A stretch of DNA of 63,993 nucleotides, filler included, from Acidimicrobiia bacterium (GTDB lineage: Bacteria; Actinomycetota; Acidimicrobiia; Spongiisociales; CAZKJJ01), in assembly GCA_046759765.1 (NCBI GenBank). It is 4 parts of 4 records of this genome, joined end to end, with 100 filler letters (N's around TTAATTAATTAA, not from the genome) between each part and the next. Parts side by side here need not be neighbours in the genome. Positions count along the whole stretch, not along the records: positions 48,650 to 63,993 come from JBHICV010000051.1; 3 more parts are not named here. One strand, 5' to 3'. Both the position numbers and the translations under genes were made by a program. The first letter of the stretch is position 1. Every line of letters begins with the position of its first letter. A model generated the notes under the pieces. It was not told the origin of the DNA. It worked only from the letters and a program-made list of their open reading frames with translations, and made no database searches. Shown here piece after piece: positions 62,836-63,993 of this stretch.

Positions 62836-63297
62836 TCAGGCTCCCGGCTTGAAGATCATCACGCCCAACACGACGATCAGCAGCAGCACGTTGATCCTCG
62901 AGATCAGAACGATGCGTCCCCAAAGCGAGAACAAGGGCGGGCCGGGTCCTTGGTCGTCGAAGATTGCGATCACGCGGCGTGAGGCCGGGAAGTAATAGAC
63001 GAAGAACGAGGCCAAGGATGCGACTACCACCACCAGCGCGATCAGGATCCAAGTCATCGAGAAGTCCCATACCGAACTTTCGAGGACCAAGGCAATGCCG
63101 GCCAGCAGCGTGATCGCTAAGGCCGGGACCACCACCCGAGGCCCAACCCATACCAACGTCCGGGCACCGTCCGATGAGCGGGCAGGGTCCGGATGGCGGG
63201 CGGCCCAGAGTCCGAGCAGCTGGAAGAAGATGGCTCCTCCCAGCCAGATCATCCCGGCCACGATGTGGATATAGAGGAGCCAGTCTCTCAACTCCAT
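62836..63297 (-). CDS. DUF2269 family membrane protein
   Basis: LLYIHIVAGMIWLGG, C-terminal VMIFKPGA. Confidence 0.85.
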   Translation of the reverse strand: MELRDWLLYIHIVAGMIWLGGAIFFQLLGLWAARHPDPARSSDGARTLVWVGPRVVVPALAITLLAGIALVLESSVWDFSMTWILIALVVVVASLASFFVYYFPASRRVIAIFDDQGPGPPLFSLWGRIVLISRINVLLLIVVLGVMIFKPGA

Positions 63298-63299
63298 CG

Positions 63300-63764
63300 T
63301 CAGGCTCCTGGCTTGAAGACCATGACCCACGCCACCGCCAGCAGGAAGAGGGCCTCGACGTTGGCGACGTTGAGGATCGTGCGGACGCTCTTGGGAATCG
63401 CAGGATCGGACGGTCCTCGCTCCTCAGCTACGGCATACAGCTGTTTGATGCGGCGCCCGTAGAAGACACCGCCGAGGATGGCGGATCCAACGACGACCGC
63501 AATCGCGAACAGAATCCAGGCCATTCCGAAGTCGAAGATGTCACTCTCCAGGACTAAGGCGATTCCTGCGAGCAGGACGATTCCACCGGCCGGGTTGAAC
63601 ACGGCCTTGGCGGCAAAGTCGGAGGTGTTGACGATCCCCATGGCGGCTTCCGGGTCTCCGGATCGCAAAGCCCGTCGACCGAGAATGTTGAGGAGGATCG
63701 CGCCGCCTATCCAGGTGAAGGCGGCCAATAGGTGGATGAACAGAAGGATGTTGCGGAGAGTCAC
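63300..63764 (-). CDS. DUF2269 family membrane protein (tandem paralog)
   Basis: LLFIHLLAAFTWIGG, C-terminal VMVFKPGA. Confidence 0.85.
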   Translation of the reverse strand: MTLRNILLFIHLLAAFTWIGGAILLNILGRRALRSGDPEAAMGIVNTSDFAAKAVFNPAGGIVLLAGIALVLESDIFDFGMAWILFAIAVVVGSAILGGVFYGRRIKQLYAVAEERGPSDPAIPKSVRTILNVANVEALFLLAVAWVMVFKPGA

Positions 63765-63787
63765 CGGAGGGCGAGGCTAGTTATTTG

Positions 63788-63993
63788 TCATGCGATGCGC
63801 TGAAACCAAGGAACCGCAGCTTCGGCAAAGGGCTCCCTGCGGTCGGATAGCGCCCGGCGTACCTCTCGGGTGGCCTTCTCCGCGTTCGCCACCAGATGGT
63901 CCGGATAGCGGAGCCGGTCTCGATGTTCATCGAACTCGGCCCGATCGAGCACCTCCACCGTCCCGTCCTGGAAGAGCACAACGTCCAAGTCGA
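63788..63993 (-). CDS. DUF402 domain protein, C-terminal part
   Basis: DLDVV...DGTVEVLDRAEF..H...LRYP pattern. Confidence 0.75.
   Translation of the reverse strand, partial: DLDVVLFQDGTVEVLDRAEFDEHRDRLRYPDHLVANAEKATREVRRALSDRREPFAEAAVPWFQRIA

Overview
High-GC actinobacterial DNA, probably an Acidimicrobiia-like metagenome bin (inferred from the actinobacterial RpoC coiled-coil insert and gene content). It is four unrelated contigs joined by artificial N/TTAATTAATTAA linkers at 16508-16607, 32918-33017 and 48550-48649. Contig 1: DUF4388 gene, an MBL hydrolase-hisS-aspS-rarA-alaS-ruvX-mltG operon, and two convergent type IV minor-pilin cassettes. One cassette and the DUF4388 gene carry FliA/WhiG (sigma-28)-like promoters. 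Contig 2: an island of six class III nucleotide cyclase genes with varied partner domains (alpha/beta hydrolase, STAND NTPase-TPR, TolB-like-TPR), SRPBCC/ArsR genes with a tandem operator, and an LtrA-UBP zinc finger fusion. Contig 3: rpoB-rpoC-serB and rpsL-rpsG-fusA-tuf, separated by a block containing a seventh cyclase-STAND gene and an uncharacterised membrane protein with a duplicated PmoC/AmoC-like DxxxH...SPxH motif. Contig 4: fabH, glyA, a full F1Fo ATP synthase operon with a Rex/CRP-type operator, a NEW3-ABC module and tandem DUF2269 genes. About 50-bp REP-like palindromes occur in intergenic regions. I saw no tRNA, rRNA, CRISPR or transposase. All family calls are by motif recognition, without database searches.
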